Part shown: positions 26,346 to 35,489 of the stretch, in pieces | Numbering within the stretch: the first letter of the stretch is position 1 | Layout of the letters: each line of letters opens with the position of its first letter | Source of the DNA: a virus | Taxonomy: Duplodnaviria > Caudoviricetes | Strand: one strand, 5' to 3' | Length of the DNA stretch: 63,160 bases | Virus record (IMG/VR): IMGVR_UViG_3300042934_000776 | Location: 1 to 63,160 of that record | The notes under the pieces: model-generated | Databases searched by the model: none | What the model was told of the DNA's origin: nothing | What the model saw: the letters and a program-made list of their open reading frames with translations, nothing else | Made by a program: the position numbers and the translations under genes

Positions 26346-28595
26346 CTACTTGGTCAGCTGGGCCAGGCCACGCCGGGCCCGGTCCAGAGCGTACTTCTGA
26401 ACGTCCGCGCGCGCGGACGAGAGCTCCTGCAGCAGATCCTGCCGGGCCTCCTGCGTGCGGTACTCCTCGATCGCGAGCTTCACCGTGTCGGCGATCAGCG
26501 CCGGGGTGATGACGATCGGCTCCGGCTCGGCGGACGCCGTGATCGTCTCCTGCCCGTCGGGCACGTAGATGCCCTCGCCGATGATCGTGCCGACGCCCGC
26601 GGCGGATGCCACCAGGGCGGGGTTCGGCATCGGGAAGCCGGCCACGTTGACGACCAGACCTGCGACGAGCTCGCGGTTGCCGCCCAGCTGGCGCCAGTCG
26701 CCGGAGATCCGGCCGGACGCCATGACGGCGTACAGCTTGTCGTCGGGCACGCCGGGACGCACTCGCCCGGAGAACCAGATGCCGTGCGCGTCCTCGCCAC
26801 AGGTCACGTCGGCGATGACGGTGCCGGTGTGGTCGTAGTGCGAGACGGCGTCGGCGGCCGACAGGAACCCGCCCGCGTGGCCGGTGTCCATGGTGAGCGA
26901 GCCGACGGCGACGGGGCCCTCGGTGGTGATCACGGTGCCGGTGCGGAACCAGGCATAGTCGGTGGCCGAACGCGGCGCGAGCGTGCAGCGGCCGGGACCC
27001 TCCGGGTTGCCGATGTGGCAGACGTTCCAGACGGCGATGTAGCCGGTGATCCGCTCCCCGTCGATCTGGATCCCGGTGGGGCCGTCGAAGCGGGGGTTGT
27101 CGAACAGGCGCGCGTCGACCGGGGCAGCCGCGGCGACGATCGTGAACAGCGGGGCCGGGGTCACAGCGCCGGACGCGACCAGCGAGTGCCCACGGCCGCC
27201 GCCCTCCTGGCCGGGCCAGACGCCGATGGCCTCCTTGTGCATGTTCGAGCAGAGGCCGGCGAGCCAGTCCGGGTTCTGGACGTACTTGGCCAGCTGCATC
27301 CGGCAGCGGTTGAAGTCGCCGGGGACGCCCCACTTGATCTTCGCCGCGCCCGCGCCGCGCACCCAGTATCGACGGATGCGTGCCGTCGCCGTCGGGTGGG
27401 TGATCCAGCCGGGGCCGTCCTTCGTGCCGGGCGCGAAGCCGGACGCGATGACCGCCTCGCGGTGCTCGGTGAGCATCCACAGCCGCTGCTCGTCGTCGTC
27501 CGTGAACGACTCGTACTGCTCGAGCTCGTCAGCGGTGAGCTCGCTGAGGTCGAAGATCCAGGTCTCAGCGGCCCAGTCCTCCGGGACCAGGTCTTCGCGC
27601 CCGAGCGCCTTCGCCCGCTTCTTGATGTGGGCGCGCGCGGCTTCCGGGTCGGAAGCGCGGCCGATGGCCTGGATGGCGTTGCGGAGGTCGCTGACGTTGG
27701 CGATCGGGAACGACCCGTCGGGCAGTGCGTCGCCCTTGTCGGCCAGACGCTTGCGCTCCTCGGTCGACACCTGCCGGAACGACTCCGCCCACATGGCCGA
27801 CGCGATGAGACCCTCGGCGATGGCCTGGGTTTCGACGCATCCGCAGTCCTCGAGCGCCGCCGCGGATGCCGCGATGGCCTCCTCGGTCATCTCGTCGGGG
27901 AACTCGTGGCCGAGCGCGATCCAGCCCTCCTGGAAGGCGCCGGTGGGGACCATGTCGAAGCGCCGGATGCGCGCGGCGTTGTACCAGCGCACCTCCTGCT
28001 TGCCGTCACCGACCATGAGGTCGAGGATCTGTTCGATCCCGACCTCGTCGAGTTCGACCTCTCCCTCGAGCGCCGATGCCTCGACGGGCTTGCCGCCGTT
28101 CTCGGCGTTGTCGCGCATGATGCGCTCGCGGAGGGCTTCCCGCTCCTCGGAGACGTCGACTTCGACCGAGTCGATGATGACCGAGAGCCCGTCGTAGGAG
28201 CCATCGACGATGGACTCGATCGCCTGGGCCGCATAGTCCTTCGTGGTCATGATGACGCCGCGCCAGCGCGTCTCGAACACGCCGTCGCCCTCGGTGGGGC
28301 TCGGAACGGTCCAGAATTCGTCGATCCGGCCGACCACGGCGACCCGGGAGTTGTCGCTGCCGTGCCCGTGCTCGAATTCGTAGCCGAGCGGCGCCGGCAG
28401 GCGGCCGAAGGAGAGCGCACCGGGCCGGAAACCGCGTCCGTCGCCGGTCGCCTTGCCTTCGAGCGTCGCCACGCCGTGGACGGGGATCTCAGTGATGAGC
28501 TCCTCGCCCTCTTCGAGCTCGTCGAAGGGCATTTCGTCGTCGAGATCGTCCTCGACGGACTCCGGGGCCTCCGCGACGGTCACCTTGTCGGCCAT
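26346..28595 (-). CDS. Capsid maturation protease (multi-domain)
   Basis: EGKATGDGR...VVGRID, ITGYIA.W..CH, SGDWR; inserted LPDGSFPI and RRYW...GDFNRC modules. Confidence 0.85.
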   Translation of the reverse strand: MADKVTVAEAPESVEDDLDDEMPFDELEEGEELITEIPVHGVATLEGKATGDGRGFRPGALSFGRLPAPLGYEFEHGHGSDNSRVAVVGRIDEFWTVPSPTEGDGVFETRWRGVIMTTKDYAAQAIESIVDGSYDGLSVIIDSVEVDVSEEREALRERIMRDNAENGGKPVEASALEGEVELDEVGIEQILDLMVGDGKQEVRWYNAARIRRFDMVPTGAFQEGWIALGHEFPDEMTEEAIAASAAALEDCGCVETQAIAEGLIASAMWAESFRQVSTEERKRLADKGDALPDGSFPIANVSDLRNAIQAIGRASDPEAARAHIKKRAKALGREDLVPEDWAAETWIFDLSELTADELEQYESFTDDDEQRLWMLTEHREAVIASGFAPGTKDGPGWITHPTATARIRRYWVRGAGAAKIKWGVPGDFNRCRMQLAKYVQNPDWLAGLCSNMHKEAIGVWPGQEGGGRGHSLVASGAVTPAPLFTIVAAAAPVDARLFDNPRFDGPTGIQIDGERITGYIAVWNVCHIGNPEGPGRCTLAPRSATDYAWFRTGTVITTEGPVAVGSLTMDTGHAGGFLSAADAVSHYDHTGTVIADVTCGEDAHGIWFSGRVRPGVPDDKLYAVMASGRISGDWRQLGGNRELVAGLVVNVAGFPMPNPALVASAAGVGTIIGEGIYVPDGQETITASAEPEPIVITPALIADTVKLAIEEYRTQEARQDLLQELSSARADVQKYALDRARRGLAQLTK

Positions 28596-28635
28596 TTCGG
28601 TCTCCTCAGTCGTTGACAGGGCCAGAGTAGCCCGT

Positions 28636-30441
28636 TCAGGCCGCCCGGCTCGAGGGCAGCAGCTGGAGAGCGGCCCTCAGAGACGCTCTGGACGGCTCGC
28701 GACGGCTCAGAATGACCGCGCGAGTGTACATGTCGAGCACGCGCTCGAGTTGCATGGCGTCGACACCGTAATCGTCGAGCCTGACGCACTCCCAGGCGTC
28801 CGCCAGAAGGTGATCGAGGTCCCCGCGCTCCACCTGGGCGTGCAGATACAGCCGGTTCGCGCTCGTGGGCGGCTCCTTGATCGAGAACTTCGTCTTGATC
28901 CGGTTGCCGGCACGCTGCAGCGCGCGGTCCACCATCTGCTCGCAGGCCATCACAAGCCCGTTGAGCTCGGCGGCGTTCGAGTTGGGGCGCTGCGGGAGCT
29001 CTCGGACGGGATGCTGGCGGATCGACGGCAGCGGACGGGCCTCCACGGGCGGTCGGCTATCGGTGATCTGCACGTCGAGGTCGACGCCGGACTCCTCGAG
29101 CGCCGCCTCGACAATCTCCGGCGTGGTCGAACCGCTGGCCGCGCGCAGTCGGAGGATCTCGGCGCGCTCCTCATCGGTCATCAGGTCGGACGGCTCGAAG
29201 CCGTTCTCGCGCGCGACCGCCTCGCGACCCAGGATGAGCTCGCGGTGGAGCTCGAGGGCTTCCTTCGAGCGGTTCGGACGCATCCGCATCGCCGACGTGT
29301 CGGCCATGATGGCGAATCGGTTCGGATCGTCGATGCCGGGCTCGCCGTCGAGGGCCACGCGGTAGTAGCCGGTAGTGATCGAGCTCGTGACGATGTGCAG
29401 CAGGGGCTCGGCGTGGATCTTGACGTTGTTCTCGTCGGACAGCCAGGCGTTCCAGTGGTTCGACCCGGCGTTGCCGAGCAGCACCTCGGGGGGCATGTCC
29501 ATGCCGGTCGCAACACCGGTGACGAGCTCGCGGCGCAGTGCGGGCGCCGCCTTGTCGAGCTCCGACCAGAAGTTGATGACCTTGACCTTGTCGACGAACT
29601 CTCCGGGCGTCTCGCCGATCAGCGGCATCATCGCCTCGGCCGACGACGGGTCCTCGATGGCGATCTGCATCCGCTCGAACAGCAGGTCGGCCAGGCCCTG
29701 GGCGTTGCCAGGCTGGATACTGTCGCGGACGATCGCGGGGTCGCCGGCATTCAGCTGGCGGACGGGTGCGGAGGGGAAAGATGTCTCCGACGGGACCAGC
29801 ATCATGCCGGCACCGGTCAGGCGGGAGTCGATCTGCGCCGCGATGCGCTTGCGCAGCTGCAGAAGTTCGCTCAGCGTGCCGAGCAGCGCGCGCGAGGGAG
29901 CATCGGCCTTTTTCTTGTTGCGGGGGTGGGGCTTCCAGATGTAGATGACCATCGGCTTGCCCTTGAGGGGCTTCCCGTTGACGCGCCAGGTGCCGCCGGA
30001 GCGGGTCACCTCGGTCGTCGCGGCCACCTGCCAGTCGTCAGGGTCCGTGGCCCCCTCGGTCATCGACGGGCCGATGAGATAGCCGCCGCCGGCGACACTG
30101 AGGTGGATGCCGAACTGGCGCAGCATCTCCGAGTGGCCCTCTTCGCCGCCGTAGAGCTCGTCGAGCGCGGCCAAGGCGACCGGATTCTGGGTCGGGGCCC
30201 ACTTCCCGTCGGCCCCCTTCTCCATGGCGACCAGCTTGGCCCGCGAGAGCAGCGCGCCGACGATGGCGCAGCCCTGGTGGTACTCCTGGATGAGGTCGAA
30301 GAAGTCCCACGCGGTGCGCATCCACTCTTCGCCGCCGCGCGCCTTCGAGTCCGTGTCGGTCTTGCCGGATCGGCGGGTCGAGTAGTTCTTCGCAGCCCCC
30401 AGAATGGCTGAGGCGCGAGGCGCGCGTTCCTTCCGCGGCAT
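28636..30441 (-). CDS. Portal protein
   Basis: AWDFF..., IWKPHP, SRLTGAG, GMDMPPEVLLG...NHWNAW. Confidence 0.9.
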   Translation of the reverse strand: MPRKERAPRASAILGAAKNYSTRRSGKTDTDSKARGGEEWMRTAWDFFDLIQEYHQGCAIVGALLSRAKLVAMEKGADGKWAPTQNPVALAALDELYGGEEGHSEMLRQFGIHLSVAGGGYLIGPSMTEGATDPDDWQVAATTEVTRSGGTWRVNGKPLKGKPMVIYIWKPHPRNKKKADAPSRALLGTLSELLQLRKRIAAQIDSRLTGAGMMLVPSETSFPSAPVRQLNAGDPAIVRDSIQPGNAQGLADLLFERMQIAIEDPSSAEAMMPLIGETPGEFVDKVKVINFWSELDKAAPALRRELVTGVATGMDMPPEVLLGNAGSNHWNAWLSDENNVKIHAEPLLHIVTSSITTGYYRVALDGEPGIDDPNRFAIMADTSAMRMRPNRSKEALELHRELILGREAVARENGFEPSDLMTDEERAEILRLRAASGSTTPEIVEAALEESGVDLDVQITDSRPPVEARPLPSIRQHPVRELPQRPNSNAAELNGLVMACEQMVDRALQRAGNRIKTKFSIKEPPTSANRLYLHAQVERGDLDHLLADAWECVRLDDYGVDAMQLERVLDMYTRAVILSRREPSRASLRAALQLLPSSRAA

Positions 30442-30515
30442 TCCGACCCCTCACATCGCGTCTCTGGCGCGAGAGCGCCCTGGCGGCATCATAGCTGGGC
30501 GGACCGCCGGACGCA

Positions 30516-30547
30516 CGAACACCCCGCCCTTCGGGTCGGGGTGTTCG
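30516..30547. terminator. Hairpin upstream of the portal gene
   Basis: CGAACACCCCG...CGGGGTGTTCG. Confidence 0.5.
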
Positions 30548-30620
30548 GCTTCAGAAGCGAGCGATGTGCAAGCCTCGTCCCAGTCGAGATGAGCGTATCA
30601 GTCTCCGCCGGGGAAAGCAG

Positions 30621-30653
30621 TGAGCCCCCGAGACTGGGGGACTCGGGGGCTCA
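30621..30653. terminator. Second hairpin between the DUF1360-like and portal genes
   Basis: TGAGCCCCCGAG-N9-CTCGGGGGCTCA. Confidence 0.5.
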
Positions 30654-30691
30654 AGGTGCTGGGAACACCATGCCTGGGTGGTGACGACAGG

Positions 30692-31033
30692 CTACTCCTG
30701 CTGGCCGTCCCTGACAATGACCATCGGGGCGAGATAGCCGATAGCGAGGCCGCCCCAGAAGATCCACCACGCCCATGCGACCCACTCGACATGCTGGCCG
30801 CCGATCCACCAGCCGATGCACGCGAGCGCGACCCAGAACGCCAGGCACCACCAGCAGAACAGCAGCATCATCCACTCGCCCTCACGGGTCATCCGGCGCC
30901 ACAGGTCCCGGACCCAGACGCTCGGCGGGAAGTCGTCGTAGACGATCGCGCGCGTCAGCCGTGCCACGCCGAGCACGGCGACAGCCACGTGCAACAGGAT
31001 GTACGGCAGCGTGTCCCAGGTGATCTCGATCAT
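30692..31033 (-). CDS. DUF1360-like membrane protein
   Basis: ARLTR..VYDD...LLFCWWCLAFWV. Confidence 0.8.
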   Translation of the reverse strand: MIEITWDTLPYILLHVAVAVLGVARLTRAIVYDDFPPSVWVRDLWRRMTREGEWMMLLFCWWCLAFWVALACIGWWIGGQHVEWVAWAWWIFWGGLAIGYLAPMVIVRDGQQE

Positions 31034-32565
31034 CGGGCTAGTCCCTTTCGCCAGTTCTTCATTGCGTGCCTCGAGCCGGGTGCGTGGCTGCTCGGCGTTC
31101 GTGTGGAGCCCTTCGGCACGCCCCAGCTGGTCTCACCCTGCTGCTTGCCGGACAGCTGGGTGAGGCCCCAGACCAGCGCGTCGATGCGGTCAGGTGAGCC
31201 GGGAGTGACGTCGGGCACCCAGGTGAGCATCTGATCTTCAAGGTCGGCGAGCTCCGCCATCTCCTGGTGGGTGACGAGCTTCTGCTCGTAGATGCCGGCG
31301 ATCGGGTCGGCGCGGACCGCCTTGCCCCGCTTCGCCTTGACCTGGTCGATCTTGCCCTTGAAGCCGGACAGCCGCAGCACGGTCGTGGCGGTGTCGCCGC
31401 CGTACCGCTCGAGCACGATCGCATCGGCCTCGTACTTCGCGTAGAGCCGCTGCGCTTCCTTCGCCCAGCCCTCCGGGGTGTACGCGCCGGTCGCGTCCTC
31501 GAAGACGTGGTAGCGGTCGCCGCGCTTGCCGCAGACCACGATGCCGGTGAGGTCGGAGGTCTTGTCCTTCGAGCCGGCCGGGTCGACGGCGACCACGATC
31601 CGGTCCATGTCGGACGGGACGTACCGCTCGCGGCGCAGCCAGTCGGCCTCCCACAGCGCGCCCTCGACATCCTCGAGCAGCATGGCGTCGAGCTCCTGCT
31701 TGCCCTTGCGGGTGCCGCGGAGCGGGTTGATGACGCGGCGCTTGTACCCCTCGTCCAGGTTCTTGATGTTCACCGACGTGGGCACCTGCACCAGGATGGT
31801 CCGCGGCGCGACCATCAGGTCACCCTCCTCGTCGTACTGCGGATTGCCGTCGCCGTCGAGCAGTTCCTGCCCCTTCTCGGCGATCCGCTCCTTCGTCCAC
31901 GGCACCGGCAGTGGGCTCGAGGTGAGCAACGTCTTCGCTCCACCGGGGACGCCCATCGACCGCAGCCCCAGGGTGTAGTTCGACCACACCTCGTCGATCA
32001 GGTCGATGTGGCACGGCTCGTCGATCCAGCCGGCGCCGTGCTCCGGGCCACGCAGCGACTCCGGCTCCTCGCCGGAGTAGCCGAACGCCTTCGCGCCGTT
32101 CTCGAAGGTGAACTCCTTCAGGGCGGGCTTCCAGTCCCAGGCTTCGCCGGCCTCTTCGCAGGCGACGATGAGACCGGCGGGCCCTTCGACCATGGTGGCG
32201 CGCACGTCGACACCACGGCGGCCGATCAGAGCGATGCGACCAGTGACCAGCGCCATCTGCCGGGTCCAGTGGCCACCGGCTTTCGTCTTGCCGGCACCAC
32301 GGCCCGACATGTAGAACCAGGTGTCCCAGTCGACGCCGCGCGGCGGCCACTGGTCGCCGCGCGCGTGCCGGTCGGGAGCACCTTCGTGCGGCTCGCCGTC
32401 GCAGCGGCGGCCGCGGTGGCAGAACCAGACCTTCGTGTCGTCGGACTTCTTCTTGCGGTAGCGCGCCATCACCTCGGCGCGCTGCTTCTCCGGCAGCCGG
32501 TCGATCTTCTTCAGGAGCTCGAGCGCGTCAGCGTTCGGAAGTCTCTGCGGCATTACCAGGGTCAC
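31030..32565 (-). CDS. Terminase large subunit
   Basis: Walker A GRGAGKT, Walker B GWIDE, nuclease VAVDP...SPDRIDA. Confidence 0.95.
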   Translation of the reverse strand: MTLVMPQRLPNADALELLKKIDRLPEKQRAEVMARYRKKKSDDTKVWFCHRGRRCDGEPHEGAPDRHARGDQWPPRGVDWDTWFYMSGRGAGKTKAGGHWTRQMALVTGRIALIGRRGVDVRATMVEGPAGLIVACEEAGEAWDWKPALKEFTFENGAKAFGYSGEEPESLRGPEHGAGWIDEPCHIDLIDEVWSNYTLGLRSMGVPGGAKTLLTSSPLPVPWTKERIAEKGQELLDGDGNPQYDEEGDLMVAPRTILVQVPTSVNIKNLDEGYKRRVINPLRGTRKGKQELDAMLLEDVEGALWEADWLRRERYVPSDMDRIVVAVDPAGSKDKTSDLTGIVVCGKRGDRYHVFEDATGAYTPEGWAKEAQRLYAKYEADAIVLERYGGDTATTVLRLSGFKGKIDQVKAKRGKAVRADPIAGIYEQKLVTHQEMAELADLEDQMLTWVPDVTPGSPDRIDALVWGLTQLSGKQQGETSWGVPKGSTRTPSSHAPGSRHAMKNWRKGLAR

Positions 32566-32902
32566 GCGGCTGCACCTCCCAGCGCCCGTAGAGCGCCCCG
32601 TCCAGATCCTTCGTCGGCTTCGAGCCGACCCGGCCGATCGGGGTGATCCCCGCGTCGAGCTCGAACAGGTCGACGGCCTCGAGCCCGAGGTCCATCGCCA
32701 CGACGGCCAGCGTAGCGCGCCGGATGTACCCGGAGATCGAGATGCCGCGCTTGCGGGCGGCGATCACCAGGAACCGGTGCGCGGCGATCAGGAAGCCGAC
32801 ACGGGAGATGTGCGCGGAGTCGCTGGCGCCGCGGGTGCGTGTCTTCGTGTCGTGCGATCGCGCCGCAGCCTGATCGCGGACTAGGTCGCGCCAGCTAGTC
32901 AT
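32528..32902 (-). CDS. Putative ribbon-helix-helix DNA-binding protein
   Basis: AARKRGISISGYIRRA. Confidence 0.55.
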   Translation of the reverse strand: MTSWRDLVRDQAAARSHDTKTRTRGASDSAHISRVGFLIAAHRFLVIAARKRGISISGYIRRATLAVVAMDLGLEAVDLFELDAGITPIGRVGSKPTKDLDGALYGRWEVQPRDPGNAAETSER

Positions 32903-33051
32903 GTTCCCGACACCGTCACCATCGTCGCGCAGTCTCGGCACTCGATCTCTTCGCCACTCGGCTCGACATCAGGAGGCTGAGTCTCCTGCACCTCACCGCA
33001 AACCGGGCAGGTCCACACGTACCAGGCGACGGCCTGGGCCTCCTCGGTCAT
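32899..33051 (-). CDS. Small zinc-ribbon protein
   Basis: WTCPVCG...IECRDC; ATGA overlaps. Confidence 0.65.
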   Translation of the reverse strand: MTEEAQAVAWYVWTCPVCGEVQETQPPDVEPSGEEIECRDCATMVTVSGT

Positions 33052-33254
33052 CGGCCCGTGCGGGGGAACGTGCGCCGGGTCCGAGGATTCCCGGCACGGC
33101 GCAGCTTCGCGGCCGGCGTGTCCTTCAACAGCACGCGCCACATCCCCGCGATCCGCGCGTCACGCGCAGCCACGGGGATCGGCTCGAGCGCCAGGGAGGC
33201 GCGGCCGCTCTTGTGGAAGCGCCGCGTGAACCAGACCTTGTTACGCCTCGTCAT
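33048..33254 (-). CDS. Basic hypothetical protein
   Basis: RBS GGAGG; coupled. Confidence 0.5.
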   Translation of the reverse strand: MTRRNKVWFTRRFHKSGRASLALEPIPVAARDARIAGMWRVLLKDTPAAKLRRAGNPRTRRTFPRTGR

Positions 33255-33879
33255 CGTCGACCACCTCCGCGTCCTCGACATCCTCGACGTCCCAGATCGA
33301 CGCCTCCTGAGTGATCTCGCCCTGGTGCTGCTGCATGAGCACCTGCACCATCGCGTTGAGCTCGGCGGTGTCGGCGGTGACCTCCATGCGGGTCGGTGCC
33401 TTCGCGCCAGTGATGGTGGCGTGCGTCTGCAGCGCCTTCAGCGCCTGGTCGTGCCAGCGGATCTTGTCGGTGTTGGCGATCTTGTTGCCCTTGTCGTCGA
33501 CCAGGTAGTCGGCGGACGCCATCCGCATCGCCTGGCCGAGCAGGTTCTCGGCGCGCATCGCCTCGACCTGGCGGAGCGTCTCCCAGTTCTCCACCGGGTG
33601 CAGGTTGGCCAGCGCCGAGTAGTACGCGGTCTGTGCGGACTGGACGCTGGCGTAGCCGAGCTCCTTGACCACCTCGGGCCACGGCGTGCCCACCATGCGG
33701 AGGTTCACGACCGCGGCCGCGCGCGTGTCAGGGGTGGTGAGCGCGTCCGGTTCGACGGCGAGCGGCGGCAGCTGCGGGATCCGCTCCTTCAGCGGCTTCC
33801 GCTTCTTGCCTGCCTTGCCGGCGGCCGCGCGCTGCTCCGACTTGCGCTTCGGCTTCGGAGCGTCGAAGTGCTGGGTCAT
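33241..33879 (-). CDS. Putative terminase small subunit
   Basis: HTH (LRMVGTPWPEVVKELGYAS), GAKAP motif, acidic DAEVV tail; upstream of terL. Confidence 0.7.
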   Translation of the reverse strand: MTQHFDAPKPKRKSEQRAAAGKAGKKRKPLKERIPQLPPLAVEPDALTTPDTRAAAVVNLRMVGTPWPEVVKELGYASVQSAQTAYYSALANLHPVENWETLRQVEAMRAENLLGQAMRMASADYLVDDKGNKIANTDKIRWHDQALKALQTHATITGAKAPTRMEVTADTAELNAMVQVLMQQHQGEITQEASIWDVEDVEDAEVVDDDEA

Positions 33880-34094
33880 CCGATCCTCACCGTGACGTCG
33901 AGCCCGCGGAGGTGCACCCGGCCGAACGCGCCCAGCTTGGCCATCTCCGGCGCCGACAGCAGCGCGTACCGCTTGGCGCGGCCGGGCTCGAGGATCTCGC
34001 CGGACTCGGTGACGACGTCGGGCTCACGGTCGATGACCCACCACGACGACTTGAAGCACTGGCTCTTGCGCTTGGCCTCGACTCCAGAGATCAT
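33876..34094 (-). CDS. Hypothetical protein
   Basis: RBS AAGGAGG; ATGA overlaps. Confidence 0.55.
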   Translation of the reverse strand: MISGVEAKRKSQCFKSSWWVIDREPDVVTESGEILEPGRAKRYALLSAPEMAKLGAFGRVHLRGLDVTVRIG

Positions 34095-34249
34095 CCCCGG
34101 TCCTCCTTCTGCAGCTGACGGTAGTAGGCGGAGGTGTCGGAGAGGCCGCGGCGAGCTTTCTTGCGCTCGAGGTCCGCGGTTTCTTCGTCGTTCAGACGGA
34201 ATGCGACCAGCTTGTTGCGGACGCTCGTCCCGTCTGTCTTCCGACCCAT
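34091..34249 (-). CDS. Ribbon-helix-helix protein, 52 aa (not in ORF track), probably leaderless
   Basis: MGRKTDGTSVRNKLVAFRLNDEETADLERKKARRGLSDTSAYYRQL; TAGCGT 7 nt before ATG, no SD. Confidence 0.75.
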   Translation of the reverse strand: MGRKTDGTSVRNKLVAFRLNDEETADLERKKARRGLSDTSAYYRQLQKEDRG

Positions 34250-34259
34250 GCGTTATACG

Positions 34260-34574
34260 CTACCTCGGGCAGCCCAGATCGCGCCATCGCTCGACGGCAT
34301 CCTGCGACGGGAACTCGAAGATGTGCCCGAACGGGACGCCGGGGTCCAGCCGGTAGGTGCGGGTGCCGGCTTCGCTGTCGAGAACCACCATGATGCCGCG
34401 CCCGGCCGGGTCGACCAGCATCCGTTCCGCCATCGTCTCGAGCGCCTGATGCTGCATCGCGATCTGCGTCATCGTCAGTTGGCGGATGATGTCCTGCGTC
34501 TGCCGGATGTACTCGTCCAGGTCGAACGCGCGGTGGCCGCCGACGATCTCCCAGAAGTCCTCGTCTGTAGTCAT
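34260..34574 (-). CDS. Hypothetical protein
   Basis: Coupled ORF with RBS. Confidence 0.6.
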   Translation of the reverse strand: MTTDEDFWEIVGGHRAFDLDEYIRQTQDIIRQLTMTQIAMQHQALETMAERMLVDPAGRGIMVVLDSEAGTRTYRLDPGVPFGHIFEFPSQDAVERWRDLGCPR

Positions 34575-34798
34575 GTGAACCTCACCCCTTTCCGCTGGAA
34601 GACTTCGGCGCCGCGCTGCTCAGCCTCCTCGAAGCGCTGATGCACCGATGCCGCTGACTCCATGATGCCCATTGCCGCGTCGTCGCCGACCAGTGCGGCG
34701 ATCATGCTGAAGGTGACCAGCATCCCGTTACGGTCCGCTTTCTCCCGGTACGCCTGCAGTGCGACCCGCTCGCACCACTGCGGCAGCGAGATGTTCAT
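34571..34798 (-). CDS. Hypothetical protein
   Basis: MNISLPQW; ATGA overlaps. Confidence 0.6.
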   Translation of the reverse strand: MNISLPQWCERVALQAYREKADRNGMLVTFSMIAALVGDDAAMGIMESAASVHQRFEEAEQRGAEVFQRKGVRFT

Positions 34799-35295
34799 GC
34801 GGCCCTCTTCATCACGGTGACCTGACGGCTGACGTCCACGTGCACGATCGGCAGACCGCGGCCGAGCGCCTTCTGGACGCAGGACGCGGTGCCGCCGGTC
34901 TGGTGGAACGGGTCCCACACGGCGATGACCAGGTCGGCGGCGTCCAGCATCCGGTCGTTGCGGGCGTGGAGGGCCTGCACGCTGTAGCGCGGCGCGATCT
35001 CCCACACCCGGGCCGAACGCCCCTGCAGGTACTGCCAGGTCGCCTGGTCCGTCCTCGACCACTTGTCGGCCTGCTGCGGGAACGGCACGAACGACCATAG
35101 CGGGACGCCGGCGGCCAGGACCGCCGACGCCCACCAGGTGTCGGCGCCGAGCGCGAGCCCGGAGATGCCGACCTCCATGCCGTCGTCGGCCAGCTTGAAC
35201 GCGAGCCGCTCGAGCTCACCGGCCGCCCACACCTGTGCGCCTTCGGACAAGTGCTGCGGCCGGTGGCCCGTGACCATGACCCGGGTGAAGCTCAT
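34795..35295 (-). CDS. SLOG-superfamily protein (YspA/DUF1273-like)
   Basis: VTGHRP, SGLALGAD, RNDRMLD...AVWD...GGTASC. Confidence 0.85.
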   Translation of the reverse strand: MSFTRVMVTGHRPQHLSEGAQVWAAGELERLAFKLADDGMEVGISGLALGADTWWASAVLAAGVPLWSFVPFPQQADKWSRTDQATWQYLQGRSARVWEIAPRYSVQALHARNDRMLDAADLVIAVWDPFHQTGGTASCVQKALGRGLPIVHVDVSRQVTVMKRAA

Positions 35296-35489
35296 CGCTC
35301 GCATCCGCAGGTCGCGGTGTGCAGGTCTCCGTGCGTTCCGTCGGGCCCGAGGGGGCGGTGACGGTCGATCTCGTCGATGAGATGCTGGAGGTGCTTCTCA
35401 CCACGGACTACGCAGGACTCTGCCTGGCAGAGCGTCTCGCGCATCATCTTGAGCTCAGCCGGATCGACCCAGAGCGCTGCGAGCGTCAT
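35292..35489 (-). CDS. Hypothetical protein
   Basis: HRPLGPDGTHGDLHTATCGC motif; coupled. Confidence 0.6.
   Translation of the reverse strand: MTLAALWVDPAELKMMRETLCQAESCVVRGEKHLQHLIDEIDRHRPLGPDGTHGDLHTATCGCER

Noticed and set aside
24042-30411. Long plus-strand ORFs (24042..26108, 26151..28616, 28453..30411) and similar ones at 5231, 12104 and 31267
   Set aside because: Antisense shadows of GC3-biased structural genes, with no recognisable motifs or RBS
30450-30690. tRNA or ncRNA in the portal-upstream gap (also 38060-38350)
   Set aside because: Only isolated hairpins; no cloverleaf or T-loop signature recognisable by eye. An Infernal/tRNAscan run would be decisive
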